Assembly (NCBI GenBank): GCA_030653695.1 | Contig: JAURYY010000080.1 | Location: 1-47,571, forward strand | Length of the DNA: 47,571 nt | Reading direction: 5' to 3' | From: Paludibacter sp. | Lineage (GTDB): Bacteria > Bacteroidota > Bacteroidia > Bacteroidales > Paludibacteraceae | In this document: positions 10,041 through 20,067 of the stretch, in pieces | How positions within the stretch are numbered: position 1 is the first letter of the stretch | Layout of the letters: every line of letters starts with the position of its first letter | Translations under genes and position numbers: made by a program | The notes under the pieces: model-generated | The model's database searches: none | Told to the model about the DNA's origin: nothing | The model's input: only the letters and a program-made list of their open reading frames with translations

Positions 10041-10649
10041 TTATTCAACCAATAGTCCGGCACCTTCGCGTACAATTTCAGGTTCGTCGCCGGTACAGTC
10101 GATAATGGTCGAAGGTGTCAAACCGCCAAATCCGCCATCAATTACCAAATCGACTTCATTGCCGTATTTTTGTTCAATTAGTTCGGGGTCAGTGATATAT
10201 TCAGTTGTCTCTTCGTCCGTAAATATTGAACTGGTCATCATGGGGTTTCCTAATTCTCGTACAATTTCGAGCGCAATATTATTGGCAGGCATCCTGATTC
10301 CCACCGTTTTTCTGTTTTTAAATAGTTTGGGAAGTTTGCTGCTTCCGTTCAGAATAAATGTAAAAGGTCCGGGAAGATTCTTCTTCATCAACTTAAAATC
10401 AACATCATCCATTTTCGCAAATTCACTGATTTGACTCATCTCATGACAAACGAACGAAAGATTGTACCTTCGTAAATCCTTGTTTTTCATTTTCGAAATT
10501 TTCTCCACACCTGCTGGATTGAAAATATCGCAGCCAAATGCATACACCGAGTCGGTTGGGAAAATAATGATTCCACCGTTACGCAACACTTCTGCCACAT
10601 GACGGATTTGAGCCGGATTCGGATTATTATCGTAGAGTTTAATAAGCAT
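10041..10649 (-). CDS. Sua5/YrdC/YciO-family protein (threonylcarbamoyl-AMP synthase-like)
   Basis: Motifs IFPTDSVY, LPGPFTFIL, TVGIRMP, VIDGG and PSTIID...IVREGAG. Confidence 0.9.
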   Translation of the reverse strand: MLIKLYDNNPNPAQIRHVAEVLRNGGIIIFPTDSVYAFGCDIFNPAGVEKISKMKNKDLRRYNLSFVCHEMSQISEFAKMDDVDFKLMKKNLPGPFTFILNGSSKLPKLFKNRKTVGIRMPANNIALEIVRELGNPMMTSSIFTDEETTEYITDPELIEQKYGNEVDLVIDGGFGGLTPSTIIDCTGDEPEIVREGAGLLVE

Positions 10650-10727
10650 TAGTGTGCTAATTGATTAATTGTCAATTATAAATAATTAATTTGAAAAATA
10701 TGTTAGATAAATCAATTGCAAAAATAC

Positions 10728-10764
10728 AAAAAAATCCTGTAAAGCTATTTTACAGGATTTTTTT
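10728..10764. terminator. Intrinsic terminator downstream of purA
   Basis: AAAAAAATCCTGTAAA-GCTAT-TTTACAGGATTTTTTT. Confidence 0.8.
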
Positions 10765-10789
10765 GAAAACCAATCACCTATTCACCCAA

Positions 10790-10809
10790 CAATGGGGCAT
10801 GCCCCATTG
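10790..10809. repeat. Perfect 20-bp palindrome, REP-like
   Basis: CAATGGGGCATGCCCCATTG, 4 nt after the purA stop codon. Confidence 0.75.
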
Positions 10810-10813
10810 CTAA

Positions 10814-12082
10814 CTACTCCTCGTACCTTACAATGGTCTGTTCTCTGTCCGGTCCAACCGACACAATCTTCACAGGCACACCAAGTTCTTCTTCCAGAAA
10901 ACTGAGATAAGTGTTAAATTCCTCGGGAAATTCGTCTTCGGTATGCATTGTTGTCATGTTGGTTTTCCAGCCCGGAAGTTCAACGTAAACCGGTTCGACC
11001 CCATCGTTCAAATCGTAAGGAAATTTTTCTATTTCTATCCCATCAATTTTGTAAGCCACGCAGGCTTTTATGGTGTCGAAACCGTCAAGTACATCACTTT
11101 TCATCATGATTAGTTGCGATACCCCGTTTATCATGACAGCATATTTCAACGCAACCAGATCAATCCATCCACAGCGGCGGGGGCGACCGGTTACAGAACC
11201 GAATTCGACACCGGTTTTACGCATCTCATCGCCGGTCTCATCTGATAACTCAGTCGGAAAAGGTCCACTTCCAACACGGGTACAATACGCTTTGAAAATT
11301 CCGTAAACTTCACCAATATTGCGAGGGGCAACCCCTAAACCGGTACATGCTCCGGCGCAAATAGTGTTCGATGAAGTAACAAAAGGATAAGACCCGAAAT
11401 CAATATCGAGCATGGTTCCCTGAGCACCTTCGGCAAGTACTTTTTTTTCCGATTGAATGGCGTTGTTGATATAATGCTCACTATCAATTAGTTCAAAACG
11501 TTTGATACATTCAATTCCTTCGAACCAGGCTGGTTCAAGTTCAGTTAAATTATATTCGAACTGATATTGTTTGAGAATTTCTTTGTGTCGGTCGATGGCG
11601 GTTTTGTATTTTTCATCGAAGTTATGCAGTATATCGCCCACCCGGACCCCGTTTCGGCTTATTTTGTCGGTATAAGTGGGACCGATGCCTTTTCCTGTCG
11701 TTCCGATTTTTCCACTTCCTTTTGACGATTCGTAAGCGGCATCTAATAACCGGTGTGTGGGCAAAATCAAATGTGCTTTTTTGGATATCTTCAGTCGTTC
11801 GGTCAATGGGTGTCCCGATAATTCAAGTGCATCAACTTCAGCTTTGAACAATGCCGGATCAAGTACAACGCCGTTACCGATTACATTTATTTTATCGCCC
11901 TGAAATATTCCCGAAGGAATTGAGCGTAAAATAAACTTTTTCCCTTCAAATTCAAGTGTATGTCCGGCGTTCGGACCACCCTGAAAACGTGTAATCAAGT
12001 CGTAACCCGGGGTTAAAACATCAACTACTTTGCCTTTTCCTTCGTCGCCCCACTGGAGCCCTAACAATACATCTACTTTCAT
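10814..12082 (-). CDS. purA: Adenylosuccinate synthetase
   Basis: Motifs QWGDEGKGK, GGPNAGHT, GIGPTY.DK, EGAQG and TGRPRRCGW. The ATG at 12082 is preferred. Confidence 0.98.
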   Translation of the reverse strand: MKVDVLLGLQWGDEGKGKVVDVLTPGYDLITRFQGGPNAGHTLEFEGKKFILRSIPSGIFQGDKINVIGNGVVLDPALFKAEVDALELSGHPLTERLKISKKAHLILPTHRLLDAAYESSKGSGKIGTTGKGIGPTYTDKISRNGVRVGDILHNFDEKYKTAIDRHKEILKQYQFEYNLTELEPAWFEGIECIKRFELIDSEHYINNAIQSEKKVLAEGAQGTMLDIDFGSYPFVTSSNTICAGACTGLGVAPRNIGEVYGIFKAYCTRVGSGPFPTELSDETGDEMRKTGVEFGSVTGRPRRCGWIDLVALKYAVMINGVSQLIMMKSDVLDGFDTIKACVAYKIDGIEIEKFPYDLNDGVEPVYVELPGWKTNMTTMHTEDEFPEEFNTYLSFLEEELGVPVKIVSVGPDREQTIVRYEE

Positions 12083-12120
12083 GTGTTTATTTAATTTAAA
12101 AGAACAAAAAACCACGAACC

Positions 12121-12153
12121 GTCCCGATAGCTATCGGCGAAGTCTCACGGGAT
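12121..12153. repeat. Partial composite palindromic repeat
   Basis: GTCCCGATAGCTATCGGCGAAGTCTCACGGGAT shares CCGATAGCTATCGGCGAAGTC with the composite at 45959-45979. Confidence 0.85.
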
Positions 12154-12422
12154 AAAAATCAAGACATTTAACCAAGTTACAAAAATAAATAATCACCGTG
12201 TTATTGTGTGTTTTGAACATTCTTTAATCATTCATGATTCAACTATTTATAATATTTTTTTTGTTTCAACTGTTCAATTTTCAAACTTTATTTTTTTAAT
12301 ACTTTTTGAAATTGAGTATTCATCGTAAAATTTTTATTTTTATGTTTACAACTTTTGAATTAATTTATTATATTAATTTGTAATGCATTAATATATTGCA
12401 TATTAAATCTGGGTTCTTGAAT

Positions 12423-12869
12423 CTATATAAGATGTTTACATTTATTGCAATATCCATAGATGCACAGCGAAAAATGATGAGGAAGAAAGTTATTGAATTT
12501 TTTTGCCTCTATCGTTGTTTTCAGGTTTTTATCGGTAAATTCTTTGATTTTTCCGCAATTTGAACACACAAGATGATGATGAATAATTGTCCTGAAAGTT
12601 CTTTCATATTCAGCAGGGTTATTACCAAACTGATGTCTGATAATAAGCCCCATTTTTATCAGTAAATCCAAACTGTTGTACACCGATGCCAGACTAACAC
12701 GGAAATTGTTTTGCATAGTTTTGAAAAGCATTTCGGCAGTGAAATGTCCATCTATAGCATTAATATGTTCTAATATCGCATACCGTTCGGGTGTTCTGCG
12801 GTATTGATTTTTAACAAGATATTCTGTAAAGCCGGCTTTAACTGTTTCGAATGTGTTGGCGTCTTTCAT
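12423..12869 (-). CDS. Fur-family transcriptional regulator
   Basis: Motifs RRTPERYAIL, VSLASVYNSL, HHHLVCSNCG and C-x2-C. The fur-purA order is typical of Bacteroidales. Confidence 0.9.
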   Translation of the reverse strand: MKDANTFETVKAGFTEYLVKNQYRRTPERYAILEHINAIDGHFTAEMLFKTMQNNFRVSLASVYNSLDLLIKMGLIIRHQFGNNPAEYERTFRTIIHHHLVCSNCGKIKEFTDKNLKTTIEAKKFNNFLPHHFSLCIYGYCNKCKHLI

Positions 12870-12915
12870 TACATTAATCAGTTGAGGAACAAAAGTACAA
12901 AATTTTACGTGTTTT

Positions 12916-13602
12916 TTATAAGAGATTTAAAAATTTTATTTCATATTTTACAGTTTCGGAAATATATTGATGTCCGGTGTTATGTGGGTTTGCATTTTTT
13001 TCAATCAGAGCCGATATCTTCAGCGCTGTTATTTTATCTTTGCGGCAAAAACGGCTTAAACAGGTTGCAATGGATTTATAGAGTTGATAATCATTGGTTT
13101 CTGAAAGTTCAAACGCTTTGTCAGTTAGCTTCTGAATTTCTTTTTCATTCAAAATATTGCTTATCCGGCTTGCAATCATGAAACCGGTAATTTGATCCCA
13201 TAAGACATCCGAAAAAACACAATCGATGCTTAATGCGTTTGCATAAGGCAATTTGCTAAAAAGATACAACGACGTAAATTCTAATAAATCAAGTTGTTTA
13301 ATTTTTCCGATCCAATTCTTTGCTAAATCGGGTGGAAAATTATCAATCGGTTCGATCAATGCCGCCATCATCATGGTTTCACGTATTTCCATTGCCCAGA
13401 GACGCTGCGCCAAAACGTGATCGGGAATGTATGGTTTTGCAATTTCGATGATACGGGGAATGGAAACGCCATAATTTTTTTTGTAGATTATCCCGTTTTT
13501 TGTCATAAGTTCTGACACAATTCCATTCATCGAGAGCCGGATTTTCTGTCTTAGCTCTTTAATTTTCCAGTCAAGTTCATCGTTTGCAAGATATAGCTCC
13601 AT
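12916..13602 (-). CDS. DNA alkylation repair protein (AlkD-like)
   Basis: Motifs MNG.VS..M...G..YK.NYGV and LAQRLW...IRE. Confidence 0.8.
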   Translation of the reverse strand: MELYLANDELDWKIKELRQKIRLSMNGIVSELMTKNGIIYKKNYGVSIPRIIEIAKPYIPDHVLAQRLWAMEIRETMMMAALIEPIDNFPPDLAKNWIGKIKQLDLLEFTSLYLFSKLPYANALSIDCVFSDVLWDQITGFMIASRISNILNEKEIQKLTDKAFELSETNDYQLYKSIATCLSRFCRKDKITALKISALIEKNANPHNTGHQYISETVKYEIKFLNLL

Positions 13603-13693
13603 CTTTATTGAAAGTTTATATGTTGAAATTCAGAGAAGTATAAAAATATGTGTTTTTTATTTCAAAGATATTGCACAATATCAAATGCTGTAC

Positions 13694-13701
13694 TATCTTT
13701 G
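13694..13701 (+). promoter_or_regulatory. -7 promoter element for tRNA-His (TATCTTTG)
   Basis: Exact TAnnTTTG match 14 nt upstream of the tRNA. Confidence 0.7.
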
Positions 13702-13715
13702 CAGTCGCAAAACAC

Positions 13716-13790
13716 GGTGGTTATAGCTCAGTCGGTTAGAGCGTCGGATTGTGGTTCCGAAGGTCGCGGGTTCGAGCCCCGTTTTCCACC
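13716..13790 (+). tRNA. tRNA-His (GTG)
   Basis: D-arm GCTC/GAGC, anticodon stem TCGGA/TCCGA with GTG at 13751-13753, T-arm GCGGG-TTCGAGC-CCCGT, plus G-1 and discriminator C. Confidence 0.96.
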
Positions 13791-13794
13791 CACT

Positions 13795-13831
13795 AAAAAA
13801 AGGAAGTACCACAAGGTATTCTCCTTTTTTT
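13795..13831 (+). terminator. Terminator after tRNA-His
   Basis: AAAAAAAGGAAGTACC-ACAA-GGTATTCTCCTTTTTTT. Confidence 0.75.
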
Positions 13832-14041
13832 GTTTACTACTTGTTTTATATTTTCTTGTTTTGCAAAGGTATTGTAATTATTCGATATTTTGCATGCTGT
13901 AATATTGCAGAAAAATTATTATTTTTGCAGTCCAAAATATTATAATCAATTAATTTTCAAAGCTGAAAAGTTTTATAAAAGCAATATTCTGATCAAGATT
14001 TATCTATTTTGTTAATAAAATCAGAAATAAAATTTACAAAC

Positions 14042-15358
14042 ATGAAAGTATTAAAATTCGGAGGAACTTCAGTAGGTTCAGCAGTCCGCATAAAAGATGT
14101 AGCGGCTCTTGTTTGCGATGGAGAACAAAAAATTATTGTTTTGTCCGCCATGTCAGGAACAACCAACAGCTTGGTTGAAATTTCCGATTATTTCTACAAA
14201 GGCAACACTTCGGGTGCGTTAGAACGAATCAATGTGCTTGAGCAGCTTTATAATAAAGTAGTTGAGGAGCTCTATACAACCGATGTTTATAAATCGGAAG
14301 CGAAAGTATTGATAAAATCCATTTTCGAATACCTTCGTTCTTTTTCAAAATCTATTTTTACATTGTTCGAAGAAAAATCAATTTTAGCTCAGGGCGAATT
14401 GCTTTCAACCAAGATGTTTCATACGTATTTGCTCGAAATTGAAAAAAACAGCATCTTGCTTCCTGCTTTAGATTATATGCGCATTGACAAAAACGGGGAA
14501 CCCGATACTGCTTTTATTGCCGAAAAACTGACTGAACAACTTGCAAACCAACCCGACACGACGTATTATATTACTCAGGGTTATATATGTCGCAATTTCT
14601 ATGGCGAAATTGACAACCTGCAGCGTGGAGGTAGCGATTATACTGCATCACTCGTTGGTGCTGCCATAAAAGCTGAAGAAATACAGATATGGACTGATAT
14701 TGACGGAATGCACAACAACGATCCGCGCTTTGTTGCAGGTACACAACCTGTCCCTTTATTGAATTTTGACGAAGCTGCCGAATTAGCCTATTTTGGAGCG
14801 AAAATTCTTCATCCTACTTGTATATTACCTGCAAAACTGAATAATATACCGGTGCGGTTGCTCAATACACTTGACCCCGCTGCACAGGGTACGTTAATTT
14901 CGGTTCAAAGTCAAAAAGATAAAATTCAGGCAGTTGCAGCCAAAGATGGAATTACCGCTATCAAGATAAAATCGGGTCGCATGTTGCTTGCACATGGTTT
15001 CCTGCGCAAAGTATTTGAAATTTTTGAATCATATCAAACCTCTATCGATATGATTACTACTTCAGAAGTAGGTGTTTCGGTAACCATTGATAATAACAAA
15101 AAATTAGACGAAATTGTAAACAACCTGAAAAAATTAGGTACTGTAACAGTTGACACAAACATGGTAATTATATGTGTAGTTGGCGATTTACCATCAGATA
15201 ATGTAGGTTTCCAGACTAAAATTGTGAATGCTTTCAAAGATATACCATTGCGAATGATTTCTTACGGCGGTAGTGATTTTAACGTATCGTTGCTAATAAA
15301 AGCCGAGGATAAGAAACGGGCTTTGGTATCACTTAGCGAAACACTTTTTAATAACTAA
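14042..15358 (+). CDS. lysC: Aspartate kinase
   Basis: Motifs MKVLKFGGTSVG, VLSAM, QGELLS, RGGSDYTA and WTDIDG, plus ACT domains. ATG at 14042. Confidence 0.95.
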   Translation: MKVLKFGGTSVGSAVRIKDVAALVCDGEQKIIVLSAMSGTTNSLVEISDYFYKGNTSGALERINVLEQLYNKVVEELYTTDVYKSEAKVLIKSIFEYLRSFSKSIFTLFEEKSILAQGELLSTKMFHTYLLEIEKNSILLPALDYMRIDKNGEPDTAFIAEKLTEQLANQPDTTYYITQGYICRNFYGEIDNLQRGGSDYTASLVGAAIKAEEIQIWTDIDGMHNNDPRFVAGTQPVPLLNFDEAAELAYFGAKILHPTCILPAKLNNIPVRLLNTLDPAAQGTLISVQSQKDKIQAVAAKDGITAIKIKSGRMLLAHGFLRKVFEIFESYQTSIDMITTSEVGVSVTIDNNKKLDEIVNNLKKLGTVTVDTNMVIICVVGDLPSDNVGFQTKIVNAFKDIPLRMISYGGSDFNVSLLIKAEDKKRALVSLSETLFNN

Positions 15359-15405
15359 TTGTAAATGAATGTAATCGCCTAAATAATGAGCGATTGAAAA
15401 ATGAT

Positions 15406-16566
15406 ATGATAAAAGCTGATTATCCGCTCGAAAAATTAAAGGAATTGCAGACCCCTTTTTATTACTACGATTTAGATTTGCTTCGTTCCACTTTAGATGA
15501 ACTGATTTTGCAAAGTTCAAAATCAAACTTTGAAGTACATTATGCACTCAAAGCCAATGTAAATGCAAGCGTTATTGAAGTGATTAAAAATGCAGGTCTC
15601 GGAGCCGATTGTGTTAGTGGAGGCGAAGTTCAGGCTGCAATCGATGCTGGCATTGAATCTTCTAAAATTGTTTTTGCAGGTGTAGGTAAAGCCGATTGGG
15701 AAATAAACCTTGCACTCGATAGTGATATTTTTTGTTTCAATGTTGAATCAATTCCAGAATTAGAAGTGATTGACGAACTGGCTGGTAAAAAAGGTAAAAC
15801 AGCGCACGTTGCATTGCGAATCAATCCAAACGTTAGTGCTCATACGCACCATTATATTACTACCGGACTCAGCGAAAACAAATTCGGGATAAACATGTCG
15901 GAACTCGACAAGGTTACCGGTTTGATTTTGACTTTAACGAATGTAAAACTCATAGGCATTCACTTTCACATAGGTTCACAAATCACCGATATGACTTCAT
16001 TTCAGGGGCTTTGTATTCGAGTAAATGAAATTCAGGAATATTTTGAAGCGCGCGGAATTGTACTCGATCATATCAATGTAGGAGGTGGTTTGGGTATTAA
16101 TTACGAGCATCCCAATCATTGTTCGATTCCAGATTTCGAAGCATATTTCAAAGTATTTCGCCAACATTTAATCTTGAAGCCAAATCAGACATTACATTTT
16201 GAAATCGGGCGGGCAATAGTGGCGCAATGCGGAAGTCTGATTTCGAAAGTGCTTTATGTGAAACATGGAACTTCGAAAACTTTCGTTATCTTAGATGCAG
16301 GTTTTACCGAGTTGATTCGTCCGGCACTATATCAGGCTTACCACCGTATTGAGAATCTTTCGTCGGCTTTGCCCGAAGAAGAATATGATGTTGTGGGTCC
16401 AATTTGTGAATCGTCCGACACATTTGTAAAAAATTATAGAATGAATGCAACCCGGCGTGGCGATATAGTCGCGTTGCGCTCGGCAGGTGCTTATGGCGAA
16501 ATCATGGCTTCGCAATACAATCTTCGTAAATTGCCGAAAGCATTTACTTCGGATGAGTTAAAATAA
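15406..16566 (+). CDS. lysA: Diaminopimelate decarboxylase
   Basis: Motifs YALKAN, DCVSGGE, HFHIGSQ, GPICES and GAYG..M.S.YN. The start is uncertain (15394 or 15406). Confidence 0.96.
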   Translation: MIKADYPLEKLKELQTPFYYYDLDLLRSTLDELILQSSKSNFEVHYALKANVNASVIEVIKNAGLGADCVSGGEVQAAIDAGIESSKIVFAGVGKADWEINLALDSDIFCFNVESIPELEVIDELAGKKGKTAHVALRINPNVSAHTHHYITTGLSENKFGINMSELDKVTGLILTLTNVKLIGIHFHIGSQITDMTSFQGLCIRVNEIQEYFEARGIVLDHINVGGGLGINYEHPNHCSIPDFEAYFKVFRQHLILKPNQTLHFEIGRAIVAQCGSLISKVLYVKHGTSKTFVILDAGFTELIRPALYQAYHRIENLSSALPEEEYDVVGPICESSDTFVKNYRMNATRRGDIVALRSAGAYGEIMASQYNLRKLPKAFTSDELK

Positions 16567-16689
16567 TTTACCATTTTAAATTTTTAAATTTACGATTTCA
16601 TTGACCTATGGATAGCGTAAATCATTTTAAATGATCAGGTTCTAATGACTTATTTTAAAATCTGCAAGAGATTAATCAAATATTAAAAC

Positions 16690-16723
16690 AAAAAAAACCG
16701 GAATTATTCAATTCCGGTTTTTT
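16690..16723. terminator. Bidirectional terminator between lysA and fabH
   Basis: A8-CCGGAATT-ATTC-AATTCCGG-T6. Confidence 0.85.
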
Positions 16724-16744
16724 ATAATTTGTTCAAACACTGGT

Positions 16745-17734
16745 TCAATAATTCCATTTCAACCAAATAGCTCCCCAGGTAAACCCGGCGCCGAACGCGG
16801 TCAGTATGATGTTATCTCCTTTTTTGAATTTCTTTTCATATTCCCATATACAAAGCGGTATACTGGCTGCCGAAGTGTTACCAAAACGGTCGATATTGAT
16901 AATCACTTTGCTGTAATCAACTCCGGTTCTGCTTGCTGTGGCATCAATTATCCGAAGGTTTGCCTGATGGGGTATCAGCCATGCTATATCTTCAGCTTTC
17001 AAGTTGTTTTTATCCATTATATCGCCCGAAACACCAGCCATATTGGTTACAGCATGTTTGTAAACATATTGTCCCTCCTGATAAACAGAATGTTCGATAT
17101 TATCCACAGTTTCGTGTGATGCCGGATAAACCGTTCCTCCTGCTTTTTGCATTAAGTGAGAACCGCCTGAACCATCGGTGTGCAAAATAGAATCCATTAC
17201 ACCGGTTGCCTCCGTAGTGGGTTCTACCAATACAACTGCTGCTCCATCGCCAAATAGGGGTGCGGTGGTGCGGTCGTTATAGTTTGTTATTGCTGACATT
17301 TTTTCGGCGCCAAAAACCAGTACCTTTTTATATTTTCCCGATTCAATAAAGCTTGCAGCGTTTGTTAAAGCTACAATAAAGCCCGAACATGCTGCTTGTA
17401 AATCGAATGCTAATGCGTTTTTGATACCGAGTTTATCTGCTATTATCGATGCGCACGATGGAAAAACATAATCTGGTGTAGTTGTTGCAACTATAATTAA
17501 ATCAATTTCTTCAGGCTTTGTTCCCGTTTTTGAAAACAGCTCCTCAGCTGCTTTTACAGCCATAAAAGATGGTCCAGAATTAGGTTCCTTAAGAATCCGG
17601 CGCTCTTTGATGCCCACGCGTGTAGTTATCCACTCATCGCTTGTGTCCATCATTCGGCTAAGTTCGTGATTATCTAATATATACTCAGGTACATATCCAC
17701 CAACTCCTGTTATAACTGCATAAATTTTATTCAT
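16745..17734 (-). CDS. fabH: 3-oxoacyl-ACP synthase III
   Basis: Catalytic triad motifs AACSGF, PHQAN and GNTSAAS, plus FGAGFTWG. Confidence 0.97.
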   Translation of the reverse strand: MNKIYAVITGVGGYVPEYILDNHELSRMMDTSDEWITTRVGIKERRILKEPNSGPSFMAVKAAEELFSKTGTKPEEIDLIIVATTTPDYVFPSCASIIADKLGIKNALAFDLQAACSGFIVALTNAASFIESGKYKKVLVFGAEKMSAITNYNDRTTAPLFGDGAAVVLVEPTTEATGVMDSILHTDGSGGSHLMQKAGGTVYPASHETVDNIEHSVYQEGQYVYKHAVTNMAGVSGDIMDKNNLKAEDIAWLIPHQANLRIIDATASRTGVDYSKVIINIDRFGNTSAASIPLCIWEYEKKFKKGDNIILTAFGAGFTWGAIWLKWNY

Positions 17735-17755
17735 TATAGATTTTTAAAAAAAATC

Positions 17756-17782
17756 AAGCCCAAAGTTTTGAACTTAGGGCTT
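17756..17782 (-). terminator. Hairpin/terminator after rpmF
   Basis: AAGCCCAAAGTT-TTG-AACTTAGGGCTT with a nearby U-tract on the minus strand. Confidence 0.55.
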
Positions 17783-17825
17783 TTAAGTATCTTTATTTTA
17801 AAATACAGAAAAACGATTACATGAT

Positions 17826-18011
17826 TTATACAGCCGCAAATTTCTCAATTGCTAACTTGCCTCTGTAGTATCCACATTCGCCACATACAGTGTGATAAAT
17901 ATGAGCAGCACCACAATTTGGACAAGTTGCCAAGGTTGGGGCTATAGCTTTGTAATGAGTTCTTCTTTTTGCTGATCTCTGTTTTGAGATTTTTCTCTTA
18001 GGATGTGCCAT
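17826..18011 (-). CDS. rpmF: 50S ribosomal protein L32
   Basis: MAHPKRK.S...KRRTH with a CPNCG...H.VC..CG.Y.G zinc ribbon. Confidence 0.98.
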   Translation of the reverse strand: MAHPKRKISKQRSAKRRTHYKAIAPTLATCPNCGAAHIYHTVCGECGYYRGKLAIEKFAAV

Positions 18012-18023
18012 ATTGATTGTTTT

Positions 18024-18602
18024 TTAATTGTTATCTATTATATTTTGTAACCCTTCCCATCGGGGGTCAACCAAATTGTCTTCTGATGCAAAATCAACTT
18101 CATCATTAATGTCGGTGTCATTTTCAAGCTCAGTATCATCTTTATGACGAGTAATATGACGTTTCATTTTAACGACCATTGTTTTATTACATTCGCCAGG
18201 TGCATGAACGTGCTTCAACGGTATATTAAGCACAATAAATTCGTACAAAAACCATGCTATATTAATTGATCCTTCTGATTCGGGTATAATGACTATTTCA
18301 TCTTCTTCCGAAAAAGTATTGCCAAATTTAACCTGCAGTTTTTCTTTGTAATGAATGGGTTGCTCCATTTCGTCGAGACAACGATCACATTGAATACTTA
18401 TAACCCCGTCAATTACAAATTGCAGTTCGAAAGTTCTCTGTTTTTTTTGTACAGTTACAGTAGCCTTAATTTTACCTTTCTGAACTTCTTGATCCGGACT
18501 GTCAATTTTTTTGAAATACTTATCGTCCAGATCGTATTCCAGAACACGGGATTCACTTGTTAAATCCTTTAATATGATATTGTATTCTCCGAATTTAGAC
18601 AT
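18024..18602 (-). CDS. yceD: DUF177/YceD-family protein
   Basis: CDRCL and DPRW motifs, directly upstream of rpmF. A -7 element lies at 18629-18636 on the minus strand. Confidence 0.9.
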   Translation of the reverse strand: MSKFGEYNIILKDLTSESRVLEYDLDDKYFKKIDSPDQEVQKGKIKATVTVQKKQRTFELQFVIDGVISIQCDRCLDEMEQPIHYKEKLQVKFGNTFSEEDEIVIIPESEGSINIAWFLYEFIVLNIPLKHVHAPGECNKTMVVKMKRHITRHKDDTELENDTDINDEVDFASEDNLVDPRWEGLQNIIDNN

Positions 18603-18738
18603 AAGTTTATCTTTATATTAAAGCGCTGCAAAGGTACAAAAAAAGTGCTTATTACAAAATAGTTTCTTTTAAATTAATTAAAAAATACATATTTCATTCT
18701 ATCTTTCAGTGTATCAAACTATAAGCTATCTAAAATAA

Positions 18739-19896
18739 TTACATTTTTAAGCATATTCGAAATATAGTGCCAACTTGCAATTCTGATTGTTTTACAAATA
18801 TTTTTCCTCCGTGATATTCTTCAATAATGCGTTTAGCCAACGAAAGACCCAAACCCCAACCTCTTTTTTTGGTTGTAAAGCCGGGTGTGAATATTGTTTT
18901 GAATTTATTTTTTTCAATTCCTTTTCCGGTATCTTTCACATCAATGATCACTTCTTTTTCCTTTTCAGTAACCGATATGTCAATTTTCCCGATTCCGTCC
19001 ATTGCATCAATGGCATTTTTACACAGGTTTTCGATAACCCACTCGAAAAGTGGAATATTTAATTTGACGAAAAGTGGGTTTTCGTCATGGAAATGGCATT
19101 GAATCGCAATTTTTTGGGATGAGCGGTTATTGATGTAGTTTACAGCATTCTCAAGTGCTTCGTTTAGGCTCACTATCTGAAGATCAGGGGATGAACCGAT
19201 TTTTGAAAACCGTTCGGCAATGATGCGTAACCGGTTTACATCTTTTGCCATTTCGCCGATCAATTTATCTTCATTGTGGCGGGTTTTTAAAATGTCAACC
19301 CACGCAAGTAAAGACGATATAGGTGTGCCCAACTGATGGGCGGTTTCTTTGGATAGACCAACCCATACCCGATTTTGCTCCGCTTTTTTGGTGCTCGAAA
19401 AAGCCAGAAAAGCAATGAGTAAAAAAACTGAAATTACCCCGAGTTGAATATACGGATAATAATATAATTTCTTGAGTAACAGAGAATCATCATAATAAAT
19501 ATATTGAATGTCATCGTCTAATTTAACTTCAATGGGTGGATTTTTACTTTTTAAACGAGCAATTTCTTTTTTCGAAAATTTATCTCCATTTGATATAGGC
19601 TTTTTGAAATTACGGGATTGGATTAACACATCGTTTTTATCAACTATTATTACCGGAATGGTAGTATTCCCCTCAATAATTTTTAAAATAAAATCAATAT
19701 CGGATGTTTCATCAGCTACTATAAACTGACGCGTGGCTTCAGCCCAAAGTTCAATTTTTTTTCTTTCTTCCAATGCAAGCGATTTTGCCAGATTGTTAGT
19801 GAAAAGTGTTGATACAATTACAATTGCAGCTCCAATTACAATAAATACCAATTTGAAATGGCGCGACAATTCCTGTATTTTATTGAATGATAACAT
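18739..19896 (-). CDS. Membrane sensor histidine kinase (no adjacent regulator)
   Basis: Two transmembrane segments, H-box ETAHQLGTP, N-box ENLCKNAIDAM, and G-boxes DTGKGI and GWGLGL. Confidence 0.93.
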   Translation of the reverse strand: MLSFNKIQELSRHFKLVFIVIGAAIVIVSTLFTNNLAKSLALEERKKIELWAEATRQFIVADETSDIDFILKIIEGNTTIPVIIVDKNDVLIQSRNFKKPISNGDKFSKKEIARLKSKNPPIEVKLDDDIQYIYYDDSLLLKKLYYYPYIQLGVISVFLLIAFLAFSSTKKAEQNRVWVGLSKETAHQLGTPISSLLAWVDILKTRHNEDKLIGEMAKDVNRLRIIAERFSKIGSSPDLQIVSLNEALENAVNYINNRSSQKIAIQCHFHDENPLFVKLNIPLFEWVIENLCKNAIDAMDGIGKIDISVTEKEKEVIIDVKDTGKGIEKNKFKTIFTPGFTTKKRGWGLGLSLAKRIIEEYHGGKIFVKQSELQVGTIFRICLKM

Positions 19897-19992
19897 GTAA
19901 ATACTTGATAATTTGTAGATTTAATTTCAAACGTCAAAAATAATAAAAAAGTATGGATTAATACTGAAATTTATGGTTTGCTTAATTTTTAG

Positions 19993-20000
19993 TACCTTTG
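19993..20000 (+). promoter_or_regulatory. -7 promoter element for era (TACCTTTG)
   Basis: Exact TAnnTTTG match. It would place the 20068-20139 palindrome in the era 5' UTR. Confidence 0.6.
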
Positions 20001-20067
20001 CCATCAGTTTGTAAAGTTTGAAAGTTAAAAGTATAAACAAGGGTAAACTCAAACCTTCAAACTTTCA

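Noticed and set aside
13648-13945. ORFs 13648-13902 and 13751-13945
   Set aside because: They overlap tRNA-His and its terminator, so they are shadow ORFs.
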